Shown here: positions 61,001 through 64,000 of the stretch, piece by piece
Position numbering within the stretch: position 1 is the stretch's first letter
How the letters are laid out: each line of letters opens with the position of its first letter
NCBI GenBank assembly: GCA_030295235.1
Contig: AP026133.1
Location: forward strand, 930,001-994,000
DNA: 64,000 bases
Direction of reading: 5' to 3'
Origin: Fistulifera solaris
Taxonomy: Eukaryota
Program-made: the position numbers and the translations under genes
The notes under the pieces: model-generated
Told to the model about the DNA's origin: nothing
Seen by the model: only the letters and a program-made list of their open reading frames with translations
Database searches by the model: none

Positions 61001-63284
61001 ATAGCCTTCAATGTTTCACAAAGATTGGTGAGTAAGAATGAACTGTTCAACAAATCCGAAGATGATTCAGCATACCTTCTCGATGGCTTTCAAAGATAAC
61101 TTTCTAAGCGTCTGTGAACCAGGATCGGACATGAGCTTGAGGACGAACTGGAGCTGAGGACGAAACCAGCTCGTCAGAATTGAAGACTTAGCCGCCATGT
61201 ACAAAACTAAGCGAACGCTTCCTTCTTCAGTTGCACCTTCCCCCGATGGACCGGGATTGTCCCAGAACTCCAAAAGCTCATGAATTAGCCGACGGGGTGA
61301 AGCTTTTTCACCGCTCAAGTTCCACTTTTGGTGCAGATTTCCAACCCAGTGAGCCATCCAAAACTTAATGGCATCCTCCATTTTCACGACCCCTAATCGA
61401 TGCGACAAAGTCGCTTGAAAGGCATGGGAAACTGCATAGAGCTCGTCGATGTATTCATCCAAACCACATTGCTGCTGTTTTAGTCGTTCCCGTCGTTGAA
61501 TGTTACCAAGTCGACAGTAATCGCAAGTCCATTCATCGGGTACTTCCGAAACACCGACGCAACACCCATGGAAGTAATCTCGGCAGCTTTGACAGCCAAT
61601 TATCAGAACGTCGCGCTGTTCCTTGCAATCACAATAACAGGATATGGAAACATCACTTTCGGGCAAAACCGATGGGTGTTTGACTTCCAGAGGCCTTGCA
61701 CACTGAATTGCTAAGATACGGGCCTCTACAGCGAATATTTTTCCAAGGCAATCCGATGCGACAGTCAGGAAAGTACTTTCGGGGCCCGGCGTTTTTGAAG
61801 GAGTGAAAGAAGATGCGGCATTGAGGTCTACTAGGAGACGACGCATAAGCGAATCGAGAAATGATGCAGCAGCAGGAAATTCTGGTATCAAAAGAACCAT
61901 GAGGAGGTCTTCGGTCAAGTTTGTCAAAACTGGTCGAAACTCCACTCCGCCATCTTTGTCCGTCCGCATCTCTTTACCAAATTGTCAATGAAGGATTCAA
62001 TGATCTTCTTCGCTTCTGTAAATCCCGAAACAAAGCCATTATCCTGAAGTTGAGTGCCTTTTTCGGCTATCAAATATACTGGACGTTTGACGCACGCCTG
62101 AACCATCGACAAAAGGAGGGCAGTGAACACTTGAATGTGATTTGGCGCTTGTCTCTTAAGTATGATACTTCCTACGACCGCTTTGTTGAGCTCTTGCAAA
62201 GCAGTAGCGGATGAGAACGACGAGTAACGCAGTGGATAGGACCGTAAGGATCTCTTCCCTGTTGGAAGTCGAAGAAGGATTGGGTATATGTCTTCAAGAA
62301 TAGTATCTCGATGCGCAGGGTAGCGGCGAAAAGCAGCAGTCACAATGGATATCATACAAAGCTGCAACCGCTGTCCTTCCGAACTATTGTTCGCCGAATT
62401 AGAATTGCAGTTGATTTCCAACGCAGGTAGCAGCCCGCTAGTCAGCATGAGTATTTGTTGATCGTCAAGCGGGATAGTGTGAACGATTTGCTCTAACCGT
62501 TCCAAGAGTACTTCTTCAGCATTTACGGTCGAAAGAAGATATCGATAAACATTCGAAAGATCATTGATAGGCGGAAGAACGTAGTCGTCCTCTCCCGCAG
62601 ATCGTCGACGTTTCTTCGTTGGAGACGAGGTAGAAATATCCTTCATCGGCGTGAGATGGCCCGTCCGATTCAGAGTCGGTATCAAGTGTTTGTTCAAATG
62701 CAATCGAGCTAAGGTAATAGCACCTTCAATTGAGTCACCATTCAAAGCTCGGGGATCTACTCCTGGACTCGACGCGATCGAAAGCACTATAGACGCAGCG
62801 TCGAGACCGCTCTTGACCACTTGGATCTTCAGTGAACCCGTTTTACGAAGCCACTGGAATTGCGACCTTGTGTGAGATACATAGATGAGTTTGCTCTCGT
62901 TTGAAAATGAATTACATACCTGATCAAGTGCTTCCTTATGTCCGTCTTCACCGCGAAGGTTCTCCAATGCTTCCCGAAAAAGTCGATAGCCACGGCATTG
63001 TTGATGTGTCGATCTAACACTTCAAGAAGGCCTAGCAGCTGATCTACTTCAACACTAGCGAATCCTGCATTCTTTTGACCGCGCGTGTCATTCAGAGATG
63101 CACACAAGAGGGATAATTCACTCAGTTCCGGGAGTGTCAATGGTCCTGCATCCAAAGCACGGTTGTGACCGGTCGAATCCTCGTGTCCTTCCGTACAGGC
63201 AACCCGAAGTAAGATACGATTCACCGTATCGGAAAACCTTTTGATGAAAGCGGATCGGAGGATTCCATTTGTTAGATGCTGCAT
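58086..63284 (-). CDS. SCC2: Cohesin loader NIPBL/SCC2, multi-exon, with internal PHD finger; start uncertain
   Basis: DDSISVREAA...DTGVSVRKRAVKI (cohesin HEAT) and LRQGLVNP...YLFAMQGD (Nipped-B C-terminus). Several introns and frameshifts. Confidence 0.88.
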
Positions 63285-63690
63285 TCAATGGCTTAAGAGA
63301 AGTTTTGCAATGTTTCTGATCATCGTTGTCGAAGCTCCCTCCGACGTTTTCCAGCAAACGCGAAAAGAGCGAGGGGCGGCCAATTTTACCAGGTACCTGG
63401 TACAAGTACAAGCGATCATGTCCATCGCCACTTCTAAGTATTTGAGTACACTGAGTACCACTACGCCAACGCCACGATCTTGTTTGGTTTTACTACATCC
63501 ACAATCCACACTACTACTCTTTTCCCACTCTTAAAACTCTAAGACATCTATTTCACCCCCAACAGGACACAGGACGAGACGAGCAGCAGCAATTTAATCA
63601 GACGAAAAGGATTGAAAAAAGCAGATTAAAACAATTAAAGAATCTAAGCTGTTGTGACTGAATTGTTGAGCGACAAAGAGACCCTCAAGC

Positions 63691-64000
63691 ATGTCGCGCA
63701 ATGTTACCTTTGTTGAGGATTATCCCGCTCATGACAAGCCCTTAAACACGGCAAGTCAAGGCGCCAATCTTGCTCATTCGCACTTTCAATTAACTTGTCC
63801 GAATTGCGGCGGCAAAGCTATAGAGCAGCACGAAGCATCCGGCGCTTCTATTTGCATTGAATGTGGTATTGTTGTGGAGGAAAATGCCATTGTCAGTGCT
63901 GTAGAGTTCGTCGAAGGCGCTGGAGGAAGCAGCAACATGGTGGGGCAGTTTGTATCCGCAAGTAGCAGCAAAGCGTACACCGGGGCCGCCGTAGGAAGGC
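63691..64000 (+). CDS. BRF1: TFIIIB subunit BRF1, 5' part (not in the ORF track; runs off the window)
   Basis: Translation MSRNV...CPNCGG...SICIECGIVVEENAIVSAVEFVEGAGGSSNMVGQFV gives a TFIIB zinc ribbon plus the BRF1 signature. Confidence 0.9.
   Translation, partial: MSRNVTFVEDYPAHDKPLNTASQGANLAHSHFQLTCPNCGGKAIEQHEASGASICIECGIVVEENAIVSAVEFVEGAGGSSNMVGQFVSASSSKAYTGAAVGR

Overview
Eukaryotic, gene-dense DNA with short (about 60-125 bp) GT-AG introns and bipartite plastid-targeting peptides; the gene content points to a diatom or other ochrophyte (inference). Recognisable host genes are homoserine kinase, a secretory-pathway HSP20, an SPX-cytidylyltransferase fusion, a two-domain retropepsin-like protease, GT47 and GT8 glycosyltransferases, two LEA-like repeat proteins, a cold-shock protein, an M14/DUF2817 peptidase, an SGNH hydrolase, SYF1, a USP deubiquitinase, a DUS, an ankyrin protein, an IMPase-family phosphatase, NIPBL/SCC2 with a PHD finger, and the 5' end of BRF1. 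Many genes carry single-base frameshifts at homopolymers, most likely sequencing error. The standout is a 7,077-bp PIF/Harbinger-type DNA transposon (5226-12302). It has about 170-bp bipartite inverted termini, an AAG target-site duplication and an intact spliced DDE transposase. It also carries three mutually homologous cargo genes whose shared domain resembles an alpha-crystallin/HSP20 fold, and an internal (GTTAT)n array. A palindromic motif TACCWGGTA is strongly over-represented upstream of genes. All family calls are by motif recognition; no database searches were run.
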